NCBI GenBank assembly: GCA_963719505.1
Contig: CAVRCF010000001.1
Coordinates: forward strand, 960,001-1,024,000
Source: Halobacteriovoraceae bacterium
GTDB lineage: Bacteria; Bdellovibrionota; Bacteriovoracia; Bacteriovoracales; Bacteriovoracaceae
Reading direction: 5' to 3'
DNA length: 64,000 bases
Part shown: positions 9,934-19,601 of the stretch, in pieces
Layout of the letters: every line of letters starts with the position of its first letter
Position numbering within the stretch: position 1 is the first letter of the stretch
Notes under the pieces: model-generated
Seen by the model: only the letters and a program-made list of their open reading frames with translations
Database searches by the model: none
Told to the model about the DNA's origin: nothing
Translations under genes and position numbers: made by a program

Positions 9934-11098
9934 ATCAATACAATCTTCAGATATTGAGTTGAGCTCTCTGTTTGACTTTGAGTCTTTAGAGAAGTTGGTG
10001 AATCAAAATAGTCAAAGTGCCAATAGTGCAGGTGTGAATTTTGTTCAACTCCATCTTGCAAATCTTCTTTCGAATATCGGATTTGAAAATCAATTTTTTG
10101 AAAATGAATTCTTTAATTCAGGAGAGCTTCTTGTTGGAAGTCTAAAGGGCACAACGGATTTTACAATTAGTACTATTGGTCACGCCGATACTATTATTGG
10201 GCCGGAAAACAACACCTTTAGAGAAAAAGATCATCGTCTCTATGGTGCAGGGATTGCGGACAATAAATCAGGTCAACTCATAGCTATGGGTGGCATTAAG
10301 TATTACTTAGGAAAGGTAAAGACACCCAAAATTTCTTTCAATTTTATTTCATCTCCAAACGAAGAAGTTGGCTCTCCTGGCTTTCAGGAAAAACTCGGAC
10401 AACTTGGAGCTTTGAGTGATCTTTGTATCGGCTTTGAGCCCTCGCTACCAGATGGGAGTATTATTAGCTCAAGAAAAGGAAATTATTGGGCAGAGATATC
10501 AGTTGAGGGAGAGAGTTTTCACTCTGGACGAGCAGCTAAGGGGCATATGAATAGCGCCATGGATCTTTGTCGAGCCCTTGTTAGACTTGAAGAAGATTTT
10601 CAACGTATCGACGATATTACAATGAATATTGGAATGATAAGTGGGGGAAGTTCTATTAATACAATTTGTGAAAGTGCCAAAGCGACAGTGGATTTTCGAT
10701 TTTCCTCCTTTGAGAGTCTCGAGCTTATCAAAAGTAAATTAGATAAAATTGAGGAGACCTTTGAAGTTTGCCGTGTTCACCAAAAGAGAGCGAACCTCAA
10801 CATCGGTGTTCTCGATTTATGTCCTCCTATGGATAGAAATCCCCAAGGTGAGGGCTTAATAAATCTCTATAAAGATATTGCGGGTATAAAAAATGACGTC
10901 CACTGTGGTGGAGCTGCGGATATCAATCACATGAGCTCAAAGAACTCAATATGCTTTGATGGTTTTGGAGCTGTCGCAGACTTTATGCATCTCAAAGAAG
11001 AATACGTGGAGACTGAAAGTCTCACTTTAAAAACTAAAGCTTTTGGAGACTTCCTAGTCGTCATTGATCAAAGCTTGGGCCAGGAGAAATTTCAATGA
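9926..11098 (+). CDS. M20 family metallopeptidase/amidohydrolase (carboxypeptidase G2-like)
   Basis: GHADT, GIADNKSG, NEEVGS, FEP, GGAAD, MHLKEEY. Confidence 0.88.
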   Translation: MLESIQSSDIELSSLFDFESLEKLVNQNSQSANSAGVNFVQLHLANLLSNIGFENQFFENEFFNSGELLVGSLKGTTDFTISTIGHADTIIGPENNTFREKDHRLYGAGIADNKSGQLIAMGGIKYYLGKVKTPKISFNFISSPNEEVGSPGFQEKLGQLGALSDLCIGFEPSLPDGSIISSRKGNYWAEISVEGESFHSGRAAKGHMNSAMDLCRALVRLEEDFQRIDDITMNIGMISGGSSINTICESAKATVDFRFSSFESLELIKSKLDKIEETFEVCRVHQKRANLNIGVLDLCPPMDRNPQGEGLINLYKDIAGIKNDVHCGGAADINHMSSKNSICFDGFGAVADFMHLKEEYVETESLTLKTKAFGDFLVVIDQSLGQEKFQ

Positions 11099-11910
11099 TG
11101 GGGATTATCAAGTTTTTTTTTGCTTGTTTTGGAGTCTTACTGTTCTTGGTTTGCTCTTTGCCCTCTCTTATTTTTATCAACTTCTTTCCAAAGCTGACTC
11201 AGATTTGGATTTCAAAAACAGTTTCGACTTTTTCGACAATTTTACTCTTTATTCTGAGAGTGAGGGTTAGGGCGATAGGTGACTTCAACTCCCAAAAAGC
11301 CTACTTTATTGTTTCAAACCATTTGTCCTATATTGATATTTTAATTATCAGTAAATTTATGCCCTGCCTTTTCGTGACTAGTATGGAGATGAAGAAAACT
11401 CCTGTGCTTGGGCAGATTGTAACTCTCGCAGGCTGTCTTTTCGTTGAAAGAAGATCAAAAGCGAATATAAAAAATGAGATCCTCTCTATTCAAGAATCAA
11501 TGCAACAAGGGATAAACATCACTGTCTTTCCAGAAGCGACAAGTTCCAATGCTGATTCAGTACTCCCTTTTAAACGATCTTTGTTTGAAGCAGCAACACT
11601 CGCTGGTGTTGATGTGAAACCTGTGGTCATAAACTATACTCATATCTCTGGGGAAGTACTGAGTGAAAAAAATAGAGATACTATATGTTGGTATGGAGAG
11701 ATGGAGTTTGCTTCTCATCTTTTTAAACTGAGTTTTGAAAAGGGTATTGATGCGACAATCACATTTGGCGACTCTATTCAGGTTCAAAACAGTGGAGATC
11801 TTAGAGATCAATCCTTTCAATATATTAAAAAGCACTTCCAAGGCTTAGAAAAACAATTTGTACCCGAGATAAAAGAAAATCGAAATCAATGCACCGTAGA
11901 TCAAATTTAA
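11095..11910 (+). CDS. lysophospholipid acyltransferase (PlsC/OlsA family)
   Basis: NHLSYID (Hx4D), FVER, VFPEATS. Confidence 0.9.
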   Translation: MMGIIKFFFACFGVLLFLVCSLPSLIFINFFPKLTQIWISKTVSTFSTILLFILRVRVRAIGDFNSQKAYFIVSNHLSYIDILIISKFMPCLFVTSMEMKKTPVLGQIVTLAGCLFVERRSKANIKNEILSIQESMQQGINITVFPEATSSNADSVLPFKRSLFEAATLAGVDVKPVVINYTHISGEVLSEKNRDTICWYGEMEFASHLFKLSFEKGIDATITFGDSIQVQNSGDLRDQSFQYIKKHFQGLEKQFVPEIKENRNQCTVDQI

Positions 11911-13296
11911 TTTAAACCCAAGTTTCATCATATCTTTCATTTCTACTAATTCACTTCCATAGACGATAGCATTCGGAGGTGTCGCTACCGGCAGCATAAA
12001 AGCCAGACTACAGGCCAAAGAGATGGCAATGGCAAAGATCTGAGGTGGCTCACCTAGATTGAGGCTCATGGCTATGATAATAGGAATCAAAATACTTGCC
12101 GTAGCCGTGTTTGAAGCAACCTCAGTTGAGAAGATGGTAAAAAAGACCAGAGCTGTGAGTAAGACAAAAACACCGCTAGAGCTAAACATATTGAGTATTC
12201 CAGACCCCATGATATCGGCAAGTCCGGTATCAAAAAGTACTTTTCCAAGACTCAATCCGGTTCCAAAAAGAAGCAACGAAGGCCAGTCAATATTTTTTAT
12301 ATCATTTTGTTGAAGTGTTTTTCTCTCTTGTCCAAACGGGAAGATAAAGAGGAAACTGCTAAAGAAAAGCGCTACAATTCCAGCATCAAATCGCTCTTTC
12401 GCAAATATGGTAATGAGGTGGCTTTGCCCTAAAATTAGCTTACACAAGCTTGGAAAAAACCAAAAGAAGATTGTCAGGAGAAAAAAGACTCCAATAATTT
12501 TTTCTTTTTGAGAAAAACGGGGAAGTTCCTTGTATTGGGTAAGGATGAAACTGTTGTCAAAGTGATCAAGCGAAGATGGTATGTATTTAAAAATATATTT
12601 GACGAGAATAAAGAGAAAAACGATCACGAGTGGGAAACCGAACATAACCCATTCAAAGAAACTGATATCAATTTGGGCTGTCTCACTCAATAATCCTACT
12701 GCGATAATATTCGGAATAGATCCAATAGGAGTCGCCAGTCCCCCAATACTTGCCGAGTAGGCAATGCCCAGAAGTATCACCGTGGTTATCTTTCGATCCG
12801 TAACTTTAAGGCTAGAGAGGATTCCGATAGTTATTGGCAACATCATAGCAGCGGTCGCAGTATTAGAGACCCACATTGAGAAAAATGCAGTAAGCCCTAT
12901 AAGAGCCATGACGATTCTTTTAAAGGATCCCTTTAAGAATTTTCTGGAAAGGATATAGAGCGAAATTCTCTGATCGAGCCCATTTTCGTGCATGGCTTTC
13001 GCAAAGAGAAATCCTCCAAGGAAGAGGAATATAATACTGTGAGCAAATGGAGCGAGAGCCTCCTGTGCGGTGGTAACACCCATAAAAACACTTGCACCAA
13101 CACCAATAAATCCCGAAATAAACAGAGGAAAGGAGCTTAAGAGCCAATTGGCGACAACAAAAGAGAAGATGGCGAGAAATTTCTTTTGCGTTGGCAAAAG
13201 ATCTATTGGCAAAAGTAGAATAGTAAAAAAAAGAATTGGCCCAACAAGATGGGCCAAGGCTTTCATTATAGATTTATCCATTAAATGTTGGGGCAC
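11845..13296 (-). CDS. DASS/SLC13 Na+:di/tricarboxylate or sulfate symporter
   Basis: SMWVSNTAT, TEVASNTAT, AFMLPVATPPNAIVY. Confidence 0.92.
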   Translation of the reverse strand: MPQHLMDKSIMKALAHLVGPILFFTILLLPIDLLPTQKKFLAIFSFVVANWLLSSFPLFISGFIGVGASVFMGVTTAQEALAPFAHSIIFLFLGGFLFAKAMHENGLDQRISLYILSRKFLKGSFKRIVMALIGLTAFFSMWVSNTATAAMMLPITIGILSSLKVTDRKITTVILLGIAYSASIGGLATPIGSIPNIIAVGLLSETAQIDISFFEWVMFGFPLVIVFLFILVKYIFKYIPSSLDHFDNSFILTQYKELPRFSQKEKIIGVFFLLTIFFWFFPSLCKLILGQSHLITIFAKERFDAGIVALFFSSFLFIFPFGQERKTLQQNDIKNIDWPSLLLFGTGLSLGKVLFDTGLADIMGSGILNMFSSSGVFVLLTALVFFTIFSTEVASNTATASILIPIIIAMSLNLGEPPQIFAIAISLACSLAFMLPVATPPNAIVYGSELVEMKDMMKLGFKLNLIYGALISIFFYLGYKLFF

Positions 13297-14848
13297 CTTT
13301 TATGTTTTCGTCATAAAATGAGCCAAACTTTTTCATTTGCTTGTGATAAGAAGAGGCAAGATCTTTTGCTTTGGCAATATAAGCACTTTGATCCTTCCAG
13401 GTTTTTTGAGGCTGCAACATTTCTGAGTCAACACCATTGATCGCCAAAGGAATGTTAAGACCAAAAATTGGATCCGCTTCTGTTTGGATATCGTTTAAAT
13501 TATTAGCCTGAACCTGTCTAATAATTTGTCTCGTTACCTTGATAGGAAATCTCTTTCCTTCACCGTAAGCCCCACCAGTCCAACCTGTATTAACAAGCCA
13601 AACATTGATATTATTTTTATCCAAATACTCACCTAAAAGTTTCGCATAGACACTAGGATGCCTTAGCATAAAAGGTGCTCCAAAACACGGAGAGAATGTT
13701 GCTTGTGGTTCAGTGACTCCAATTTCGGTCCCTGCTAACTTCGCTGTGTAGCCAAGAACAAAATAAAACATGGCTTGCTCTTTAGTTAGACTACTTACTG
13801 GTGGAACAACACCAAAAGCATCAGCTGTTAAAAAGAAAATATGCTTTGGAATATCACCTTTACTCGAAGGCTCAAGGTCTTTGATAAAGTCTAACGGGTA
13901 AGCACTTCGTCCATTCTCTGTAAGACTTGTATCGTCAAAATTTATTTCTCCCGTTGCTTCATCTAAAACTACGTTTTCGACCATGGCTCCAAAGCGATTG
14001 GTCGCTGCATAGATCTCAGGTTCATCTTCTTTAGAGAGGTTAATCGTTTTTGCGTAACATCCACCTTCAAAATTAAAAACACCCTCATTACTGAGGCCAT
14101 GCTCATCATCCCCAATAATAAGACAACCTTCATCTGTTGAAAGAGTAGTCTTACCAGTTCCTGAGAGCCCAAAAAAGACTGATGTTTCATTGTTCTTCAT
14201 TTTTGATGCACCAGCATGCATAGGCAAAATGCCAACTTCTGGTAATCGGTAGTTCATCGCTGCAAACATTGATTTTTTTATCTCTCCTGCGTAGCGAGTT
14301 CCACATATTATCGTTGTATTGGTGTCAAAACATGTTGTGATAACAGTACCAGTTTTTGTTTCAAATTCATTGGGATCAACAGTCAAGTTTGGAGCATGAA
14401 GAATAGTAAAGTCGCTTTCATTAAATTCTCTTAGCTGATCTCTAAAGAGGTGGTTTGTAAAAAGGCAATACTGGGGGCTAGGTGTAACGAGTCTTGCTCC
14501 GATATTTTGAGTTTTATGAGCACCAACACTTCTTTCATTTATATAAACAGTGTCAAATGAATTTAGATGCTCAATGACTTTGGCTTTGAGTTTTGAAAAG
14601 ATTTCTGGGCTCATTGGCTTGAGGTTATTTTCCCACCAGACGGTATTTTCAGTTGTTGGCGATTTAACGATGTACCTGTCATTGGCAGAGCGACCAGTGT
14701 GTTTTCCGGTTTCAACAACACAGGCACCATCTTTGGATAGTTTTCCATTTCCTGTTCTAACAGTCTCTTGAATATAGAAACTTGTCGGCTTGTTTTGATG
14801 GTAATTTTTCTTTGGCGAAAGCCCAAGATCTTTGTAAAACTTGTCCAT
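13274..14848 (-). CDS. pckA: phosphoenolpyruvate carboxykinase (ATP)
   Basis: TGRSA, YAGEIKK, FFGLSGTGKTTLS, IIGDDEHG, FNFEGGCYAK. Confidence 0.97.
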   Translation of the reverse strand: MDKFYKDLGLSPKKNYHQNKPTSFYIQETVRTGNGKLSKDGACVVETGKHTGRSANDRYIVKSPTTENTVWWENNLKPMSPEIFSKLKAKVIEHLNSFDTVYINERSVGAHKTQNIGARLVTPSPQYCLFTNHLFRDQLREFNESDFTILHAPNLTVDPNEFETKTGTVITTCFDTNTTIICGTRYAGEIKKSMFAAMNYRLPEVGILPMHAGASKMKNNETSVFFGLSGTGKTTLSTDEGCLIIGDDEHGLSNEGVFNFEGGCYAKTINLSKEDEPEIYAATNRFGAMVENVVLDEATGEINFDDTSLTENGRSAYPLDFIKDLEPSSKGDIPKHIFFLTADAFGVVPPVSSLTKEQAMFYFVLGYTAKLAGTEIGVTEPQATFSPCFGAPFMLRHPSVYAKLLGEYLDKNNINVWLVNTGWTGGAYGEGKRFPIKVTRQIIRQVQANNLNDIQTEADPIFGLNIPLAINGVDSEMLQPQKTWKDQSAYIAKAKDLASSYHKQMKKFGSFYDENIKGAPTFNG

Positions 14849-14979
14849 GATTTCTCCTCATTTTATCTATTGTCCCATAGTAAGCTCTACGGCATGGCAA
14901 AGCTAGGGGTGAAAAAATTTCAAAAATGATGCAATTAATATGTGTCTTTGATATGCTGCGCAAAAAATAAGGAGTTTAT

Positions 14980-15351
14980 ATGAAAAGGTTTGTGGTCCTC
15001 GTGGGTCTTTTGATGAGTTTTATCAGTGTTGCTGACTCTAAGCCCCAAGTTGTGGATATTGAACAGTTTGATAAAATGATGTCAGTAGAGACTGGCTCTG
15101 AAAAGGCTATTTACCCGTGGCAATACAGTGCTACAACATGCCAAGCTTATACTCGTTGTCCAAATGGTTATGTAGCGAGATGTCAGACGTTTGGATATGC
15201 TTATTCTACTATTCCTGCTCAAATGAGAAATACATGTTCATACTTCGTTCTTCCAGGTCGAGGAGTTAGATGTACAGGTTATGCTCAGGTAAGAGATTTC
15301 TACGGTCGATCTATTTGGACATACGTCGATGTACCAGTTTCTTGCTATTAG
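14980..15351 (+). CDS. small secreted Cys-rich hypothetical protein
   Basis: Signal peptide, AGGAG RBS, 6 Cys in C-terminal half. Confidence 0.7.
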   Translation: MKRFVVLVGLLMSFISVADSKPQVVDIEQFDKMMSVETGSEKAIYPWQYSATTCQAYTRCPNGYVARCQTFGYAYSTIPAQMRNTCSYFVLPGRGVRCTGYAQVRDFYGRSIWTYVDVPVSCY

Positions 15352-15967
15352 TTTCGCTGTTTTGACGGTGAGCTCAGCTTATTCTAAACATATTGTTCTT
15401 TCGGGCTTTGATACCTTTCACGGTGGAACAGGTAACAACTCGAGTGTTGTGGCTGAAAAACTTGTTAAAAGGTTTGCCTCTACTGATATAAAAATAACAT
15501 TTTGTCCTTTGAGAACTGTCTACTTTAAGGCGGCTGAAAGTCTAAAAGATTGTATTGCTTCAGCTGAAACTAAGCCTGATTTCATCCTAAGTTTGGGAGA
15601 GGCATTTTGCAAAGATGTAAAATTTGAAACCTCGGCCATAAACATAATGAGTGACTACGGTGGAGATAATGATGGAGTTCATTACACCGGAGAAGAAATT
15701 ATTCCCGGAGCTAATAAATACGTTCCAATGAGCTTAAATCTGAGACCTCTTAAGCGGATGCTACCACGGTCAATGAAAAAATACATTAAGGTGTCTTCAG
15801 ATGCTGGGACATTTGTTTGTAATAATACAGCTTATCTCATGGCCCGAGAAAGTGATATTCCTTTTGCTTTTATTCATGTGCCGGCTCACAAATGTGCTCA
15901 AAGTACAATGCTTGTCGAGAGGTCCACTCAGATTCTTGAAGCGACAATTAAAAATCTTTATCGATAA
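15329..15967 (+). CDS. pyroglutamyl-peptidase I (C15) with apparent signal peptide
   Basis: LSGFDTF, FET (Glu), SSDAGTFVCN (Cys), FIHVP (His). Confidence 0.88.
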   Translation: MYQFLAISFAVLTVSSAYSKHIVLSGFDTFHGGTGNNSSVVAEKLVKRFASTDIKITFCPLRTVYFKAAESLKDCIASAETKPDFILSLGEAFCKDVKFETSAINIMSDYGGDNDGVHYTGEEIIPGANKYVPMSLNLRPLKRMLPRSMKKYIKVSSDAGTFVCNNTAYLMARESDIPFAFIHVPAHKCAQSTMLVERSTQILEATIKNLYR

Positions 15968-15970
15968 AGA

Positions 15971-16939
15971 TCACATGATGACTCTGTGCCTTCCAGACTT
16001 TAAATAGTTCCGTGTAAGGACTTCTAACTCCCTTTCAAGACTCTTGCGTCTCTTTATCACGAGGTTTACACCTTGAGGAGATGGCTCTACATGAGTGAGC
16101 TCTCTGATGAGTTTGTCGGTGACAAACTGATTGCCTGTAAGTGATTTAATAATTTTTTTAGAATCATTTTTATAGGTTTGAATAAAAGCACAAAGGTCAG
16201 AGTGGCTTTTATCAAAAGCAGGTGAGCGATTGAGCCTTAGCTCTTTTTTACGATCATGATAATACTCATCTAATGTTCTATGATCATTTGTTATGCACTC
16301 GACATATCTCACACGTTTTAATTTCGGAGAAAGATGTTTGATTTTTTTCATGACTGAATCAAGGTAGGTGAGCTTCTCTATTGCTCCCCAGTTTTTGTAT
16401 TTTGATTGCCAGTCAACCTTAGGGTTGAGCCAAGTGGCAAAGGTCTCTGCCCAGTCTTCATCGGGATGAGATTGAGCATAGTACTCGTCTAGGTTTATGA
16501 CATAATCTCTACTTTTTGGATCTGGAAGGTAATCATTTGGGTATTTCGTCTGGGAAATTCCAAAAAGTTTTTGGCGCACCTTGAGCTTTCTCAGGAGGAA
16601 GACGTTATCTAGCGCATGAGCTGTCTCATGACGAAGAAGTTTCATTATTCCTTGGTAAGTATGTCCCTCCAAGCGTTTCGTATTCTCTTTTTCAAGCTTT
16701 ATAAGCCTAGGATGAAGCAGGTAGAAAGGAAGAGCGAACCCACCTATCCCGTCGGGCGAGAACCAGTCAGTTGACACCCATGTACTGGGTAAAAAATTAA
16801 TCCCTTTAGCATTTAATTCAAACTTCAAATCGTTTAAAGGCCTCATAAGAGGAGATGCTTTAAGATCAAAGTTTATAGAAGACAGAGGTGTATTGAGGAG
16901 TGATTTTTTATCTAGTGAATTGAGATGGTCTAAGTTCAT
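15971..16939 (-). CDS. putative zinc-binding metallopeptidase
   Basis: LRHETAHA (HExxH), YAQSHPDEDWAETFATWL. Confidence 0.82.
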   Translation of the reverse strand: MNLDHLNSLDKKSLLNTPLSSINFDLKASPLMRPLNDLKFELNAKGINFLPSTWVSTDWFSPDGIGGFALPFYLLHPRLIKLEKENTKRLEGHTYQGIMKLLRHETAHALDNVFLLRKLKVRQKLFGISQTKYPNDYLPDPKSRDYVINLDEYYAQSHPDEDWAETFATWLNPKVDWQSKYKNWGAIEKLTYLDSVMKKIKHLSPKLKRVRYVECITNDHRTLDEYYHDRKKELRLNRSPAFDKSHSDLCAFIQTYKNDSKKIIKSLTGNQFVTDKLIRELTHVEPSPQGVNLVIKRRKSLERELEVLTRNYLKSGRHRVIM

Positions 16940-16963
16940 TGGAGGTCCGTTTCAATTTTTAGT

Positions 16964-17003
16964 AAAAAAAAAGGGATATCTGAACGAATCGAAATATCCC
17001 TTT
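16964..17003 (-). terminator. probable intrinsic terminator
   Basis: AAAGGGATAT...ATATCCCTTT stem followed by a T-run on the minus strand. Confidence 0.55.
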
Positions 17004-17126
17004 AAAACTTTTTTCTTACCCCTAAGAAAAACTTATGGGTCTTTCTAACAGGGGTTTGTATTTTACACAAGTGGGCTTCAATTAAATGTGTTTCACTTTT
17101 ACTCTTTTCTTTGGAACAGATACTTC

Positions 17127-18053
17127 TTACATATTACAGGTATTGATATTATCCATTATCTTGCCTTTCATCTGGGTAAAAAGCTTGTGAGCTCTCTTTC
17201 TAATCCCCGAGGCTACTTGCATATCTGTAAAAACATTCTTATTGGTGTAATTGTCTTTGAGTTGTGAGTACACTCCACAAGTCACAGAAAGAGTCCCTCT
17301 ATTACAAGTCGTCGCGATGTTGAGTTCATAGCGAGTTGTCTCTACAGAGTTCTTTAAAGAGTATCTCTTCTTTTCAAGGTCGTTAACAATAAGGCTTTTT
17401 ACGTTTTGCTCATCTGAGTTTTCACTAATTTTTATACTGCACGGTAGAGGAAGAGCTTCATGTTTTGACAACTTTGAAAGATCGATGCCTTTGTGCTTCA
17501 ACATGCTATACACTTTCATAGAGTATTGATAGTGATCGCTACTGTCGAGTTCAAGAACAGAAAAAATCTCATGAAGAACAAGGTTAATTAAACTAGCATC
17601 ATCATTGATATCTCTCCAAGCATTGGCATTGATGACGATGAGGTTCTTACCGTCATTGCACGCTTGTCGGACACTATCGTCAATCTGGCAGCTGTGGGGA
17701 GCTTCAGTGGTTAGCTCTTCGGCTTTAACTTTTACATAACGTGAAGAGTCCTTATCGAGAGTGTTTTTAAAATCCGGAAGGTAGGCACAAAATGCGTCTG
17801 TATCCTTTTTATTTTTACAAGTGTCTTCCCAGACTAAGGCGATATTACTTGCAATTGTGGTAAAGTGAGAAGCCACACTATGGCCACCATTTCCAACTCT
17901 GTGACCAGCGACAGCGAATTGAGAGACAGTTCCTAACATGATACCGAGAGTGAGCTTACTGATAACTTTCATAGACTTTATCCTTTTGAACATTTGAACG
18001 TGGGAATATTTGCATACTAACTTCATAGACTTCTTTTTTTTCTCCAGACTCAA
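17127..18053 (-). CDS. secreted hypothetical protein (true start probably MKVISK, about 17972)
   Basis: Signal peptide then GHRVGNGG; LVLHE motif; paired Cys. Confidence 0.65.
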   Translation of the reverse strand: MSLEKKKKSMKLVCKYSHVQMFKRIKSMKVISKLTLGIMLGTVSQFAVAGHRVGNGGHSVASHFTTIASNIALVWEDTCKNKKDTDAFCAYLPDFKNTLDKDSSRYVKVKAEELTTEAPHSCQIDDSVRQACNDGKNLIVINANAWRDINDDASLINLVLHEIFSVLELDSSDHYQYSMKVYSMLKHKGIDLSKLSKHEALPLPCSIKISENSDEQNVKSLIVNDLEKKRYSLKNSVETTRYELNIATTCNRGTLSVTCGVYSQLKDNYTNKNVFTDMQVASGIRKRAHKLFTQMKGKIMDNINTCNM

Positions 18054-18747
18054 GAAAGGCGATAAGCTGATCTTGAAAATCTCTAATCATCTTCTTTGCA
18101 GCGGGGAGTTTTTTTGGGTCAATAGCTATAGTTGCGCTACTCATATCTCTAAGAAGAACATCATCTGTATAGAGTGATTCCTTTGCAGCTTCAAGAGTTT
18201 CAGCGTGGCGCTTTTTTATTGATGTATTTGGAACATCTTCAGATGTTACGATTTCGACATCTTGATACTTTAAATAACCATCTTTATCGTATTCAAGAAG
18301 ACCAATTCTTAGCAATCTTTCTAAGGCATCAGAAACCTTACTTTTACTCGTTTTGAGTCTATCTGCAATCCATCCGGAGTCACTTTTAAAGTCTTTTGTC
18401 TCGGCCAAACATAGGATTGCATAGTAGTGCCAGTCAGCGATGAGAAAGTATTGATCATTTTGGATTTGAATTTTCTTATTGGAGACATTTGTCTCAATGC
18501 CATTTTTGTCTCTCGTCAGTTTATCGCTTAAGGTTGTGAATTCATCTGGAGAGAGGCAGAGCCTGTCGGCCATTTTTAGGATCATTTTTTGTGAAAGAAC
18601 TCTTTTACCGTTGAGAAACTCTGATAGGGAAGCTGGAGAGACTCCAAGCAGACGAGAGAAAGCGCGCAAAGAAAAACTATTGTTCTTTGTCTTTAACTCG
18701 TCTAATCGCTCACGCAAAGTTTTTTGCAGATATATTTGTGCTTCCAT
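17956..18747 (-). CDS. TIGR02147/DUF4423-type XRE-HTH protein
   Basis: FSLRAFSRLLGVSPASLSEFLNGKR HTH; IADWHYYAI; C-terminal VYEVSMQIFP. Confidence 0.85.
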   Translation of the reverse strand: MEAQIYLQKTLRERLDELKTKNNSFSLRAFSRLLGVSPASLSEFLNGKRVLSQKMILKMADRLCLSPDEFTTLSDKLTRDKNGIETNVSNKKIQIQNDQYFLIADWHYYAILCLAETKDFKSDSGWIADRLKTSKSKVSDALERLLRIGLLEYDKDGYLKYQDVEIVTSEDVPNTSIKKRHAETLEAAKESLYTDDVLLRDMSSATIAIDPKKLPAAKKMIRDFQDQLIAFLESGEKKEVYEVSMQIFPRSNVQKDKVYESYQ

Positions 18748-18817
18748 AGTGGAAAGAGTCTATCTAATTAATTGACGCGCCGCTATATATTCACAGGAAC
18801 CCTGTAAAAAGGATAGG

Positions 18818-19528
18818 CTACATCATCCAGTTATACTCATAGTGGTCATGTTTTGGGTTTTTTAGAATAGAGTAAATCGTATCTTTATCGTGATTTTGAG
18901 GGTTTAGCCATTGATCTAAGCTTCTTTCATCAAGAGAGATAGGTGTTCTATCGTGGCCCATTTCAAGCACTTCTGGACGAGGATCATCGGTGATGATGGC
19001 GAAAGACTGGATGATCTTGGACTTGTCACTCGAGAACCAATTGTCATAGAGACAGGGGGCCAATAGGTAGTCGTTGTTTTGAGGTTTAAAACTGATCATT
19101 GATTTATGACCATTTTTTGGGACCCACTCATAAAACTGCTTGATGGGAAGAACGGCATGAAAGTTCATAAATGGTTTCTTCCAAGCGTGTGCCGTCTCGA
19201 GTGAATCGATTCTTGCGTTGAAGGTATTTTTAACTTCAACCTCACGTTTTGTTTCTGGATTTACTCTTTTGTAAATTTCATCTTCACAGAAATGAGGCAA
19301 AAGTTGGTAGCGCATTGGTCTTATTTGGCGCTCTCCTTTAACCATACAGATGACTGGAGCCCATATTTTTGAAAATATTCTATCATCCTCATCAAAGACA
19401 TATTTATACTTACCTGGGTCACTATTTTCTAAAGCCTTTAAATTATCAAAGGCTTTCTCATTAACCACAGCATCAAAGCGTTGTGATAGGTTTTTTAAAT
19501 CTTTATCAACTTTTACGGAAAAACACAT
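18818..19528 (-). CDS. SOS response-associated peptidase (SRAP/HMCES-like)
   Basis: N-terminal Met-Cys, FNAR, FYEW, SFAIIT, HDRTP. Confidence 0.88.
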   Translation of the reverse strand: MCFSVKVDKDLKNLSQRFDAVVNEKAFDNLKALENSDPGKYKYVFDEDDRIFSKIWAPVICMVKGERQIRPMRYQLLPHFCEDEIYKRVNPETKREVEVKNTFNARIDSLETAHAWKKPFMNFHAVLPIKQFYEWVPKNGHKSMISFKPQNNDYLLAPCLYDNWFSSDKSKIIQSFAIITDDPRPEVLEMGHDRTPISLDERSLDQWLNPQNHDKDTIYSILKNPKHDHYEYNWMM

Positions 19529-19601
19529 AGATAAAGCTTATAGGAGCATAAGCTGTTTGCAAATAGATCTTTTAAAAAGTCTAAAATTTGTTAAAGTATA
19601 G

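Noticed and set aside
19514-19520. TTCCGTA on the minus strand at the start of the SRAP gene as a LexA site
   Set aside because: Single copy within codons (F-S-V), with no partner 11 bp away
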